Numbered from the stretch's first letter, positions 10,308 through 20,039 are shown. The stretch is 64,000 bases of DNA from an uncultured virus (IMG/VR IMGVR_UViG_3300025000_000094) (IMGVR_UViG_3300025000_000094); one strand, 5' to 3'. Notes: generated by a model not told the origin, from the sequence alone. A program made the numbers and translations.

Positions 10308-11006
10308 TTATTGTTTTCCGATTGCGCTAGGTAAATAATTTATTCGTTCAACACAACGTACTTTCATTAGGTCAGACATTACGTTGAAAGAGTCAAGGAA
10401 AACTTTTGCCTTGTCATACCTTTCATCCACTATGGATGCTTTATACGCACCGTAGTAGGTTAGTATATAATTAAAAGGCAGGAACTCAGAAATTGCATTA
10501 AACGGCACATCAGTATCATTAGTCAGTGCAGTAGACTGTGATATGTACTCAACCTTTATGGTAGCCAAATCAGAAGTAGCATTAGGGAAAGGCGCGAACC
10601 CTATCTTAGTGCGAGAAGAGAAGTTTAGGAAGTAGTACGTAGGAAGACCAGACTGATTCTCCCACTCAGCAGACCTTCCATCAAGCCCAGCCGGAGTCAT
10701 TTCTTGTATAGACAAAGCATCCCTAGTTACCCTACGGATATATATAAAATCACTAGGAAGCGAGTAATACGTTGTCCCCGATACAAGAGGGAAGACTGTA
10801 GACTTGTAGTTGCACAAAGTCTTAACATCTACAACTTTCTGCCCTTCATTTATCCACGCGTTTAATTCGCTGTCAGAGAATCTTTCTCTTGTTGAATGAG
10901 CGTCAGTGATGAGAGAACGAGCGTCTGCCCGCAACTCACTAAGAGTCGAAGCAGACGCTTGTCCAGCAAGGAGCAACAGTAAAGATACTTTAAACAGCAT
11001 TTTCAT
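10308..11006 (-). CDS. Head-tail adaptor (tail tubular protein A-like) with signal peptide
   Basis: TLSELR...FSDSELNAWINEG, YSLPSDF, GLPTYY motifs of podovirus adaptors; MKMLFKVSLLLLLAGQASA leader ending in A-S-A. Confidence 0.75.
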   Translation of the reverse strand: MKMLFKVSLLLLLAGQASASTLSELRADARSLITDAHSTRERFSDSELNAWINEGQKVVDVKTLCNYKSTVFPLVSGTTYYSLPSDFIYIRRVTRDALSIQEMTPAGLDGRSAEWENQSGLPTYYFLNFSSRTKIGFAPFPNATSDLATIKVEYISQSTALTNDTDVPFNAISEFLPFNYILTYYGAYKASIVDERYDKAKVFLDSFNVMSDLMKVRCVERINYLPSAIGKQ

Positions 11007-11008
11007 AG

Positions 11009-11437
11009 TTACTCGACAGTTGTGCTATCCTTGGAATCATAGTATTTGATTCCGTGTATAGTTTGAGCCGTTTGAGCGTCTAAAGTCCTGCAATATACCC
11101 CAGCTTCAGAATAATACTCGTACACAGACGGGCTTATTAACTTGTAGCTAGGGGCTGTCGCAGTGCAAAGATTACTATTAACTGAACCAGACGAAAGGCA
11201 GACTGTTTGCCCACCAGTAAGATTCTGAATAGTAATCCTGCGGGTCCTAAAGTCACTAGCTGATATAGCTGTCCATGTAGTAGATGAACACGAAGTAGCG
11301 AACGAAGACAGCGTATCACCATCATTTGAAGCAACTTTAGTAACCAACGGAGACTGCCTCGATGCGGCAAAAGCTATACCAACGAAGCCAAATATAGCCA
11401 CAAACAGCATTTTGGTATGTTTAGTATAGTTTTTCAT
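11009..11437 (-). CDS. Putative virion protein with signal peptide
   Basis: Basic n-region, hydrophobic core, AFA site; four Cys; RRITIQN beta-rich motif; lies between capsid and adaptor genes. Confidence 0.6.
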   Translation of the reverse strand: MKNYTKHTKMLFVAIFGFVGIAFAASRQSPLVTKVASNDGDTLSSFATSCSSTTWTAISASDFRTRRITIQNLTGGQTVCLSSGSVNSNLCTATAPSYKLISPSVYEYYSEAGVYCRTLDAQTAQTIHGIKYYDSKDSTTVE

Positions 11438-11440
11438 ATA

Positions 11441-11911
11441 TTACAGACAATGAGTCGCCGTATCTGTTATTACAGAGAAAGCACCACGACCAGTACCGGT
11501 AGATGTGCAGAAAGCAAAAGCCACACAATCCGAACACCCATACATCTGCCCTTTGGCAGTAGGGGTTATCGCATTGAGTTCAGCTATCGTTTTCTGGGCA
11601 GGGGTCATATACGCAGTAGATACCACGCCAGCACCCTGTACAATACCAGAACCAGTTACGGTTGTACCACTAACCGCGCCAGTTCCAGTTATAGTGCCAG
11701 CATAAATGGTCCTAACAGGAAGCACAGCGGTACCAATGTCGTATAGAGAAGCGGCTCCAGGAACGAAGTAGCCACTAGAATCTACACGCCAGTAAGAATA
11801 TCCACCGGAAGTGTTGAACCCAAGGGTGCTAAAATCACCCTGCTCAGCAACAACATAACCGACGAATCCTATAATGGCGAAAAACGCCGATATAATAAGA
11901 CTTTTTTTCAT
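11441..11911 (-). CDS. Putative head fibre / decoration protein with signal peptide
   Basis: MKKSLIISAFFAIIGFVGYVVA leader; G/T-rich shaft; C-terminal GQMYGCSDC...C...C knob; SD GGAGG upstream. Confidence 0.55.
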   Translation of the reverse strand: MKKSLIISAFFAIIGFVGYVVAEQGDFSTLGFNTSGGYSYWRVDSSGYFVPGAASLYDIGTAVLPVRTIYAGTITGTGAVSGTTVTGSGIVQGAGVVSTAYMTPAQKTIAELNAITPTAKGQMYGCSDCVAFAFCTSTGTGRGAFSVITDTATHCL

Positions 11912-11925
11912 TTTACCTCCCTAGA

Positions 11926-12465
11926 TTATTTCCGAAACTTATCTAGGCTATTTATAAACTGGTCGTCAGGCTCAAGCATGAGACCGATGCGCTTCCACTC
12001 AGATATGTAAGGCTCGTAACGAGGCCGTTCAAGAGCTTTCTTGTACGCAGGAGCCCAATCGGGGCTGTCCCTACGTATGACACCAAGGTCCTGCCAGCTC
12101 TCTATACACTCCCGAAACTTGTCTTCAAGTTCCTTCCGACGAGCATACAGCTGGTCACGCTTCCTAGGGTCAGTAACACGCTGATTTTTATGCTGTTCAA
12201 GTTGACGATTAAGCATATGAATCTTGCGATTTATAGCGTCCTTGTCAACACAGATATCATCTATTTGGGCGGTAGCAGAATACCCAGTATCCTTTACATC
12301 ACCAGCCCCAGCCATGTCCTTAAGGGTTTCCAAATCTCCCTTAAGCGCCTCAGCTTCCTGAGCAGTTATCATCGGGTTAGTTCTAGATGTATCATCCGTT
12401 TTACGTTTCATTAGTTGAGTCCTCCGACTAGTATTATAACCCCCTGCCCCCATTTCTGAGGGCAA
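11926..12465 (-). CDS. Hypothetical protein
   Basis: 179-aa ORF co-oriented in the late operon directly after the capsid gene. Confidence 0.6.
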   Translation of the reverse strand: MPSEMGAGGYNTSRRTQLMKRKTDDTSRTNPMITAQEAEALKGDLETLKDMAGAGDVKDTGYSATAQIDDICVDKDAINRKIHMLNRQLEQHKNQRVTDPRKRDQLYARRKELEDKFRECIESWQDLGVIRRDSPDWAPAYKKALERPRYEPYISEWKRIGLMLEPDDQFINSLDKFRK

Positions 12466-12478
12466 GGGATGAATCTAA

Positions 12479-13363
12479 TTAGGCCTGATGCCCGTATATC
12501 CAGCGCCACTCAACGGTTGACACCTCAAAAGACGCGTAACCAGCCATCTTAAGAACCATAGTGTCAAACTCGCCAGTGCGGAAGAACTGGACCGGCTCCC
12601 ACTCGCGCCATATGAGCTTCTGCTTCATCATCTTCGAGTTCATCATGAACCAGTTGGACGAAGAGGTCAGGAAGTTGTCCCATATAATGCACTTGTAGCG
12701 ACCTTCAAGATAGTTCCGGTTGTTGATATTGTAATCAACCTTACCAACAGAGCGGAGTATCTCAAACGCCTTTTCAGCGTGGTCCATAGGAATCAGCAGC
12801 GTGTCCGGAGCATTGTACATGATATTGTCACGGTTGGTCTTCAGTTTCTTGAAGGCCAGTTCCGTAGCAAACACGTTAGCCGCAGAGAACGCCAGAGAAC
12901 CCGCATTAGACTGATTCGCACCGCCAACCTTGGACGTATGCGCCGCGTTACAGAGGCTCAGACCATCACCAGTGGTGAAAGTACCGAACGCATTGTTAAA
13001 CGGATACGCACCGCGGCTTTCGCGCAGAGCACGGAAAGAATCCGCCAGAGAAGCGGTCTTATCCTGAATCACACCATACAGGTCGTTACGAAGCAGACGG
13101 CGGGTAATCTTAATACCGTAAGCGTACTCACGCTCAGACACCGACTTCTTGTAACCTTCCTGGATGTCGTCATAGGAAATCTCCCCGTTAAATTCGGGGA
13201 CGACACCACTATCACCAGTCTCCAGGTCATACTCTACAGCCTGTTCCGCATCTTTAAAGCGGTACAGGAGAGGAATCATCGAGGGGTAATCCCTATATTG
13301 GTCAAGAAAGACGCAAGAGAGGTCTTTCTGAACTATCGAGGGCCATTTGCCAGCAGTAAGCAT
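12479..13363 (-). CDS. Major capsid protein
   Basis: 294 aa; EYAYGIKITRRLLRNDLYG, TGDGLSLCNAAH, PDTLLIP and SNWFM motifs of a Mu gpT-like/podovirus capsid family; SD AAGGAG. Confidence 0.85.
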   Translation of the reverse strand: MLTAGKWPSIVQKDLSCVFLDQYRDYPSMIPLLYRFKDAEQAVEYDLETGDSGVVPEFNGEISYDDIQEGYKKSVSEREYAYGIKITRRLLRNDLYGVIQDKTASLADSFRALRESRGAYPFNNAFGTFTTGDGLSLCNAAHTSKVGGANQSNAGSLAFSAANVFATELAFKKLKTNRDNIMYNAPDTLLIPMDHAEKAFEILRSVGKVDYNINNRNYLEGRYKCIIWDNFLTSSSNWFMMNSKMMKQKLIWREWEPVQFFRTGEFDTMVLKMAGYASFEVSTVEWRWIYGHQA

Positions 13364-13386
13364 TTATTTTCTCCTTATACTTAAAA

Positions 13387-14214
13387 TTACGACAGCGGGC
13401 TGAACACAGTGGCGTTCATCGCGCAGACACCATAGAACTTCAGCTGAGCAAGGCTGTTAAGCCCAGACAGATTACCGTGCGTATAGGGGTCCATCATCTC
13501 ATCAAGACCGTTACGAACGATATGGCGCTCAAACTGCACCAGACGAGCCGCACCAGCCGCCGCAGTCGTACCAAGCTTTGTGGGAGTGGTAGTATTGGGG
13601 ACAGTCAGAACGAACAGGCCATGGAGCAGAGGCAGAATCTTCACAACAAGACCCGCACCAAGGGCATCACCAGCACCCATAGTTACGGAAGTTGTGCAAG
13701 AACCGGCGGCAGATGTATCAATGAAGCGGAGCATACCAACTACGCCATCATCAGTACCAGTCCCGGCAGTAGCCACATACAGGAAGCCAGTATCAATATT
13801 GTCTTCAAGAGAACCAACGGTAACAGTCGTACCATCGGAAGACGTAGCGGCAACACCAGTCAGGTCGTAATCAAGACGGCACATCGTCGCGCCCTCAGTC
13901 AGTTCAACAAGACGAGAGGGGAATATCTTGGAATCACCACCCTGCGGGGCGAACCAAGCAGCACCAGTGGCAGCGGCAATCACAGCAGAGTGCGCAGCAC
14001 CCGCCACAAGAGCAGAACCGCTAGTAGCGTAAACGTGAGGTTCCGCAAGGATACCTACGTAGTTAGCCGCAGACGCGGCAGCGTTTACAATCAGAGTACC
14101 GAGGTCGGTTTCGGCGGTAGCACCTTTAATCATCAGGCCACCAGCCACGACATCAGTAGCCGAGTGTATAGGGAGGCGAACCACCCTAGACTTCAGAGAC
14201 TGAATAACTTGCAT
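13387..14214 (-). CDS. Capsid decoration / cement protein, putative
   Basis: A/G/T-rich 275 aa immediately upstream of the capsid gene with similar codon style. Confidence 0.55.
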   Translation of the reverse strand: MQVIQSLKSRVVRLPIHSATDVVAGGLMIKGATAETDLGTLIVNAAASAANYVGILAEPHVYATSGSALVAGAAHSAVIAAATGAAWFAPQGGDSKIFPSRLVELTEGATMCRLDYDLTGVAATSSDGTTVTVGSLEDNIDTGFLYVATAGTGTDDGVVGMLRFIDTSAAGSCTTSVTMGAGDALGAGLVVKILPLLHGLFVLTVPNTTTPTKLGTTAAAGAARLVQFERHIVRNGLDEMMDPYTHGNLSGLNSLAQLKFYGVCAMNATVFSPLS

Positions 14215-14275
14215 TTATTATACCTCTTTAATTTTAATAAATCCGTTTGTGTAATTCTATGATGATGTCAAGTAG

Positions 14276-14737
14276 TTAGAACCCAACTTTGGGTCTAGGC
14301 GTGGGAGCCTGAGTGACATTAGTCACCTTGGAACTGTTCTTCGATAGACAAAAGGGACAACCAGCACCCTTCTTTAACGCTTGTTCCCCAACATTATGAG
14401 TATTGGGGTTCCCAACGTCGTCCGTCATACCAGAATCTGTGGTGTCACCATTATTCATGGTCCCAACATCAACACTCTGAGTTATGACTCCGCCAGCACC
14501 AGACCCATCAAAACTTCCACCACTATAATCAACCTTATTCAAATCAACCAGGAAACCGCATATCTGACACCTAACTTTCTTTTTGAACCCGCCCCTGCCT
14601 TGGGCCGCACCAGTGCGTGTGTTATTGGGCCTGAGAAGACCATCACCCTTGGTTTCAGAAGGAAACACATCAGAGAAACCCATAGGGTTTGTCTCTGGTA
14701 TGAACTTTGCATCTGAACCGTAGTCTTTTTCAGCCAT
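14276..14737 (-). CDS. Hypothetical Zn-ribbon protein
   Basis: CQICG and CPFC pairs. Confidence 0.6.
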   Translation of the reverse strand: MAEKDYGSDAKFIPETNPMGFSDVFPSETKGDGLLRPNNTRTGAAQGRGGFKKKVRCQICGFLVDLNKVDYSGGSFDGSGAGGVITQSVDVGTMNNGDTTDSGMTDDVGNPNTHNVGEQALKKGAGCPFCLSKNSSKVTNVTQAPTPRPKVGF

Positions 14738-14994
14738 TACTTTTTGTACTTCTTATAGTCTTCTATTCCGCTAATCTTCACGCTCTTGGCTATCGGCTTC
14801 TTTTCCATCTTGCTAAGTTGAGTGTAGTAATCCGGCCTCTCGTACACATGTTGTTTGGCTACTTTCTCAGCTTTCTTAGGGCTATTGGTATGTTCTTTTT
14901 CTACCTTTTTACCCATTTTTACCTGTTTGTCTATTACCTTTACAGGCACTTTACTCTTCTTAGCAAGTTTCTTGACAGGTTCTATCGGTTTCAT
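14737..14994 (-). CDS. DUF5661-like small protein
   Basis: MGKKVEKEHT...AKQH...PDYYTQL motif. Confidence 0.6.
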   Translation of the reverse strand: MKPIEPVKKLAKKSKVPVKVIDKQVKMGKKVEKEHTNSPKKAEKVAKQHVYERPDYYTQLSKMEKKPIAKSVKISGIEDYKKYKK

Positions 14995-15803
14995 TTCTTG
15001 TTATACTTGTCAAACTCTTCTTTAGCGCTTATCATAACCCCGCCATCACCCTTAAGGTCGTGACGATACTTGTTAAGCCTATCGAGTTTCTCGCGGTCAG
15101 GCACTATTTTCTCCATAGTGGCCCTCTCATGAGAACGAAGGTCAGAGAAATCGGTAGGCATCTCCTCACCGTTATCGCCTTCATCATCATTGCTCCCAAA
15201 ACGGGCAGAACCATTAGGAGTATTGCGCATATTCTTTTCTCCGACCTTACCCTTTATGTAAACTTCGGCTTTTTCAAGCAGTTTACCCATTTTCTCTTTA
15301 TCATTCTTAATGGTATCGGGGTAATCAGAGAGAAATTCATCTATTTCTTTCTCATACCTAGAGAATTGAGGCTTTTTGGCGAAGTATTCGCTCTTGGTAC
15401 GGTCATAGTTCTTGGATTTCTCAAGTTCAGCGTACCTGTCTTCGGTTTTCTTGGCCCTATCCTCAGCTTGCTTAACCCTTTCCTCAACAGAACGGTTAAT
15501 TTCGGCTATCTTAGCTCCCATTACGTTGTCGAGAGCCGCAAGACCTTCACGTTTCATGCCGGTTTTCTCTTCCCAAGCAGTCCACTGTTCCTCAGTCCAT
15601 TCAGGCGGCTTCTGCTGGGTGTTCTGTGTGCTTTTAAGGGCCTCTACCATACCCTCAGCCCTAGCCGCAGCTTCCCTAGCTTCCTGCGCCTTACGCCTTT
15701 CCTCTTCAATAGCCTTCTTGTTATCTTCCTCTAAACGAGCCCTTTCAGCTTCCTGCCGTTCAAGCTCTTTATCAATCTCTTCTTGTTTCTTTTTGGGGTC
15801 CAT
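14991..15803 (-). CDS. Capsid scaffolding protein, putative
   Basis: Highly charged coiled-coil 270 aa between portal and capsid genes. Confidence 0.7.
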   Translation of the reverse strand: MDPKKKQEEIDKELERQEAERARLEEDNKKAIEEERRKAQEAREAAARAEGMVEALKSTQNTQQKPPEWTEEQWTAWEEKTGMKREGLAALDNVMGAKIAEINRSVEERVKQAEDRAKKTEDRYAELEKSKNYDRTKSEYFAKKPQFSRYEKEIDEFLSDYPDTIKNDKEKMGKLLEKAEVYIKGKVGEKNMRNTPNGSARFGSNDDEGDNGEEMPTDFSDLRSHERATMEKIVPDREKLDRLNKYRHDLKGDGGVMISAKEEFDKYNKK

Positions 15804-15816
15804 TTTGTATCCTCCG

Positions 15817-16188
15817 TTATTGTTGCTCTAAGTTGGAAGTAATCTCAGTTTTGTACTGCTCAAGTTCTTTAAGTGCTGTATTTGCCTCAGCACATTTATC
15901 CGCATTCGCATCAACCATTGAAAGAATCTCGTCGTAAGCGGATATATTTCCAGCCATTGCTTTCACGGAACCGTAATGGCTCATGGGATGATTTATGTCG
16001 TTCTTTAAAAGCGCCGATATAATCATCTCCGACTGGGCGTCACGAGATTTCTTTATTATAGATTTAAGAGCTTTCCAAAACATGTCCTTGTCAGTAGTTT
16101 CAAGCTGAGACAAGCTGTTGGAATATTCCTTAACTCTACTTATTTTGTCAATGACCTGTATAAGAGTTTTCTCATTGTATTTATTCAT
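15817..16188 (-). CDS. Hypothetical protein
   Basis: 123 aa after the portal gene; SD AAGGAG; own promoter. Confidence 0.6.
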   Translation of the reverse strand: MNKYNEKTLIQVIDKISRVKEYSNSLSQLETTDKDMFWKALKSIIKKSRDAQSEMIISALLKNDINHPMSHYGSVKAMAGNISAYDEILSMVDANADKCAEANTALKELEQYKTEITSNLEQQ

Positions 16189-16207
16189 AGTTGCTCCTTA
16201 AGTACAT

Positions 16208-16236
16208 ATATTACCATTTATTTATTAATATGTCAA
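16208..16236 (-). promoter_or_regulatory. Sigma70-type promoter
   Basis: TTGACA-17 bp-TAATAT on the minus strand with TG extension. Confidence 0.65.
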
Positions 16237-16238
16237 CA

Positions 16239-18248
16239 CTAAACATTGTTTAGCGGGCTTTTAGGAGACGGAGTAACAGTAGACTGTGTTAAAGGCTGTG
16301 CCCCACCAGCCTGTGCCTTATTAAGCATTTGTTGTATAGGGTTCATTTGTTGCCCATCTGTTTGAATCATCAGCTTTTCTTTTTGAGGCTCACCAGAGGC
16401 TACAACCATCCTATTCCACATTTCTACAGCTTTCTGGTCATTAGCCTGTATAAGAGGAAGAAGTTGGGCGTAAGTCTGAAGTAATCCACCGAGTCTCTGC
16501 ATTGAAAATTCCGGGCTCAGGGTTACGCTCCGACGTTTAGCTCTCCATACTATAGAGTTGTCAAAGAACACCTTTTTATCAAGGCTTTTGACGGCGAGTT
16601 TCCCATCTTGCTCTATATTATACTTAACCCTATCAGGGCCAAACTGTGCAAGCAATGCACAATGAAGCTTTGCAAGGTCAGGCATAGAGCGCCTAAACTC
16701 GTCTAGATAGTCGTCTATACGCCCGTTCGCTTGCTGTAACAGGGCGATAGTCTTACCCATAGGGGCTCGAGGGTCTTGGACTGTTTCCTTGCCGGACATA
16801 GCCTGCGTGGGACCAAGGCAAAACTCGAGATACCTAACTATCTGGTTTTCCTCATCAAGGGAATCCCCACTGTTAGATAAATCATGCAACTGGAACTGCT
16901 TTATAGACTTATCGATGTCTTCAACGTAGAAAGCGGCTCCTGGCTTAATTATGTTCTCTGCCCTATAGAAATCAAGGTCTTCTTTGTACTTCTTGTCAAT
17001 AAGAAGTATCGGGCTTGTTGTAAGCATCCTAACGTTATTTCTGTTACGATGAATAGCATCAAGTAATTTAAATTTGTCTTGACCTTCGTTTAGAAGGGAT
17101 ATACCAAGGAACCTGTCTTCCCTAGACGCAAGCCTAAAGTCAACACAGAAATCTATGTTATTCCTTATGTGGTAGTTCTTAAAAGAAAGTACGATGTTGG
17201 GATGTTCAGCACTGAAGGTAACAAGATACTTTTCCGGTATACCATCACCATCCAAATCTTCTTTCCACACGGCGTCAATAATCTTAAAAGGCTTATCGTC
17301 GTCGGTAGGAGATATGACAAGTTTGTCTATGAAGTTCTTAGAAGCTGACCACCGGTCTTTTTCACCAGAAGGTTTCTTGGAGATTAATTCCTCAACCTTG
17401 TCCTTATAAAATTCATTCCTCTTGGCGGCCTCACGAAGCTTGTCCTTAGCCATGAAATATTCCCTGCCATACAGCTTCATATCGCAAATGCGAGTCTGAT
17501 AGGTAGGGTAATATACAAATCTAGCTAAAGGAATAATCTCGTAGGCGGGACCATCAAAAAGTATATTGTCAAACTGGTAGTTGGCTATTAACTCTACTTC
17601 TGGGTCTGTAATAAAAGCGTCGGCTATCTCTTGGTACTCTTCCTCTGTCATGCTGGCAGACATGTATGTAGGATAATCTGCCTGAAAATCAGCGTACTGC
17701 TTGTAAGTCTTACTGTCTGAACACTTCTCGATAGTCCGCTTCCAATAGCCGGATACTATAAGTGTGCCATCTCTAAGGCAAGGTATTGTACCCTGCTTAA
17801 GTATATCTAGTCCATTGCTCTCACTATGGAACGAATAGTTAGTGGCCTCTTCTATGCTAGGAAGTTGTTCTTTAACTTCGTCTTCCTTGCTAACGGCGGT
17901 AAATATATCAGGGTCTTGGTATGCTGTTAGCAAGGACGTGGATTTGAACGTTTTAGCCATACCAGAGGCATAAGATATGGTTACATTAGAAGAACCCTCA
18001 AACGGGAAATTGGTTACTTCTACCACGCCCTCAAGCATCTCATTCATCTCAATAAGATTCCTGCGGTTGTTGGTGGTTTGCTTTTCCCAAACCTTATACT
18101 CTTTATGAATTTTTGTACCAATAAAATCAAGCTTTTCTTTGCTCTTTTTTAAGTTCTTATCCTTCGTTATTTCCTTAACGCGTTCTATTTCTTTTTGAAT
18201 AGACTTGTCAAGACTAGGAGGAGGAGGTACAAATATATTTAACAGCAT
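16239..18248 (-). CDS. Portal protein
   Basis: 669 aa; FPFEGSSN, DLDGDGIPEKYLVT, DRFLGISL and LLQQANGRI motifs; position between terminase and scaffold. Confidence 0.85.
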   Translation of the reverse strand: MLLNIFVPPPPSLDKSIQKEIERVKEITKDKNLKKSKEKLDFIGTKIHKEYKVWEKQTTNNRRNLIEMNEMLEGVVEVTNFPFEGSSNVTISYASGMAKTFKSTSLLTAYQDPDIFTAVSKEDEVKEQLPSIEEATNYSFHSESNGLDILKQGTIPCLRDGTLIVSGYWKRTIEKCSDSKTYKQYADFQADYPTYMSASMTEEEYQEIADAFITDPEVELIANYQFDNILFDGPAYEIIPLARFVYYPTYQTRICDMKLYGREYFMAKDKLREAAKRNEFYKDKVEELISKKPSGEKDRWSASKNFIDKLVISPTDDDKPFKIIDAVWKEDLDGDGIPEKYLVTFSAEHPNIVLSFKNYHIRNNIDFCVDFRLASREDRFLGISLLNEGQDKFKLLDAIHRNRNNVRMLTTSPILLIDKKYKEDLDFYRAENIIKPGAAFYVEDIDKSIKQFQLHDLSNSGDSLDEENQIVRYLEFCLGPTQAMSGKETVQDPRAPMGKTIALLQQANGRIDDYLDEFRRSMPDLAKLHCALLAQFGPDRVKYNIEQDGKLAVKSLDKKVFFDNSIVWRAKRRSVTLSPEFSMQRLGGLLQTYAQLLPLIQANDQKAVEMWNRMVVASGEPQKEKLMIQTDGQQMNPIQQMLNKAQAGGAQPLTQSTVTPSPKSPLNNV

Positions 18249-18250
18249 GA

Positions 18251-18496
18251 TTATTTTTTGCCTTTCTTTCCACCATTCTTCATCTTCTTAAGAGGCTTAA
18301 CATTCTTGCTGGGGTTCTCAGTTTCCTTCTCATGCTCTTCGGCATCTTCAATATCGTCGTCGGGCTTTTCTTTCTTGGCAAACATCTGCTTAGAAACAAC
18401 CCTTTCGAACCTAGGGTCAGATACTGCGTGTGTGCGCATTACTTTCCCACCAGCAGACTTAATCTGCTTCTTTATGTTCTTTTCAATATTTTTCAT
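18251..18496 (-). CDS. Small basic hypothetical protein
   Basis: Tightly packed in the late operon. Confidence 0.55.
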   Translation of the reverse strand: MKNIEKNIKKQIKSAGGKVMRTHAVSDPRFERVVSKQMFAKKEKPDDDIEDAEEHEKETENPSKNVKPLKKMKNGGKKGKK

Positions 18497-18498
18497 AT

Positions 18499-18720
18499 CT
18501 AAGTCCTAGGTCTAAGCTCACCCATTGTTTTAGTCTCACATCTTGGGCAAACTATGCTTCTGTCTTCAAATAGTCTATGGCATTTAGAACACATGTACAT
18601 CTTTACATGCTCTCCATGCGCTTGTCTACCCTTCATCCGTTCCAAGTCAGACGCCCGGACCTCAGATTCAAATCTTGAGGCCCGAGCATCTTCCTCTTTC
18701 CTACGTTGGTAGGAAGGCAT
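18499..18720 (-). CDS. Small Zn-ribbon protein
   Basis: CSKC...CPRC. Confidence 0.6.
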   Translation of the reverse strand: MPSYQRRKEEDARASRFESEVRASDLERMKGRQAHGEHVKMYMCSKCHRLFEDRSIVCPRCETKTMGELRPRT

Positions 18721-18723
18721 CTT

Positions 18724-18870
18724 CTACTCCGCACCCTTAATCTGGGGGAGCTTGGGAACACTCACATTCGGGTTGGGGCCTTCTTTGTAGGCAGGAGCCT
18801 TGCGGTCATGCTTGCCTTTCTCACTCACATCGCCCTTCTTACCGGAACCCATAGAATTATAATCTTGCAT
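18724..18870 (-). CDS. Small hypothetical protein (48 aa)
   Basis: MQDYNSMGSGKKG...KGAE, read by hand; SD AGGAGG upstream. Confidence 0.5.
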   Translation of the reverse strand: MQDYNSMGSGKKGDVSEKGKHDRKAPAYKEGPNPNVSVPKLPQIKGAE

Positions 18871-18892
18871 AATTACCTCCTTTACATTAAAA

Positions 18893-19186
18893 TTATTTCT
18901 TGAACTTGTTTACAAAATTCTTCATCATGCTGCTATGCTCTTGAGGCGTAACTATCTTGCTCTTCCTTTCCTGCTCAGCCTTAATAAGAGTCATAACTGC
19001 TTTGAAATACTCAATCTTCATACTGTCCAAAAGTAGAGTAGCCTCAAGTACAGGAACCTTATTAACGGGTATACCAATCCAGAACATGCTTGTTTCCGGA
19101 TTGAACTCCATTACGGGACCATCTACACGAGGGAGAGAAAGCTTTATTTCTTCTTTGGCGGGGGCTTCAGTAGTTGTGTTTTCCAT
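18893..19186 (-). CDS. Hypothetical protein
   Basis: Translationally coupled to the GroES-like gene. Confidence 0.55.
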   Translation of the reverse strand: MENTTTEAPAKEEIKLSLPRVDGPVMEFNPETSMFWIGIPVNKVPVLEATLLLDSMKIEYFKAVMTLIKAEQERKSKIVTPQEHSSMMKNFVNKFKK

Positions 19187-19509
19187 TAGTTTACCTCGAC
19201 GGCAAGCATGTCTTCTTGTGTTATAATTATGTAAGTAGTACCGTCTTCAGTTACTATCTTAGGGCAATCTAAACTTACCGGAGAACACCACACTTTTTCG
19301 CCAATCTTAAGTTCATGCCTAATGTATTCAAAATCAATTTTGTCCCCGAGTATTACTACTTCGCCTTTCCAAGCGTCTGCCCTACGTTTTTTCTTTCTGT
19401 CTATAACGCTATCAGGGATATAAAAAGTGCCGACCTTATTTACATCATTCAACTGTTTAACAAGAATCCTGTCACCTTTCAAGTCAAGCCTCTTAATGTC
19501 ACAATTCAT
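19186..19509 (-). CDS. groES: Co-chaperonin GroES-like protein
   Basis: LKGDRILVK...FYIPDS...GEVVILG...LKIGEKV...YIIITQEDMLAV follows the Cpn10 pattern. Confidence 0.8.
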   Translation of the reverse strand: MNCDIKRLDLKGDRILVKQLNDVNKVGTFYIPDSVIDRKKKRRADAWKGEVVILGDKIDFEYIRHELKIGEKVWCSPVSLDCPKIVTEDGTTYIIITQEDMLAVEVN

Positions 19510-19535
19510 GTTGTTCTCCTTTACTATCAGCCTGT

Positions 19536-19564
19536 ATTATACTAAATAATCTACGTATTGTCAA
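19536..19564 (-). promoter_or_regulatory. Consensus sigma70 promoter
   Basis: TTGACA-17 bp-TATAAT on the minus strand upstream of groES. Confidence 0.8.
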
Positions 19565-19566
19565 TA

Positions 19567-19779
19567 TTAAAAATACTCAATAAAGGCAATCTCAGATGCC
19601 TTAACCTTAGACACAAGAGCAGATTTGTAATACAGGTCTACAAATCCAGCCCAAGTATCACTCTTTTCCATCTTGTCGCACAAGAAACAAGCGTTATGAG
19701 CTGAACCAAGATTAACAACTATTTCGCCTTTAGAACCTTTCATATAGTCTCCTTGTATATACTCCACCTTTCTGGGCAT
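19567..19779 (-). CDS. Hypothetical protein
   Basis: 70-aa ORF on the late strand. Confidence 0.5.
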   Translation of the reverse strand: MPRKVEYIQGDYMKGSKGEIVVNLGSAHNACFLCDKMEKSDTWAGFVDLYYKSALVSKVKASEIAFIEYF

Positions 19780-20039
19780 TGGCTTCCCCAGTTCAATGCT
19801 AACAACCAGCCAAGAGGTATCCTAGTTACATGCCCGAAGGTACTTGTTATCGTAGCGCCGCATAGTAGCGCAATCTCTTGAACTAAAAGCAATTTTTGTA
19901 TTACCTTGAAGTTGCTTTAGAACTTCTCCAGCGTTTTATTTAAGGAGTTAAACGGGGCTCAAAAAACTCCCCCCAATAGGAGGCACGTCCTAAAGGGGGG
20001 TTACAAAGCGAGTCTGTTGACCGTGCCGCCAACATAACT

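Noticed and set aside
14245..14272. Promoter upstream of the decoration/capsid genes
   Set aside because: TTGACA is present on the minus strand, but there is no acceptable -10 box at 16-18 bp spacing
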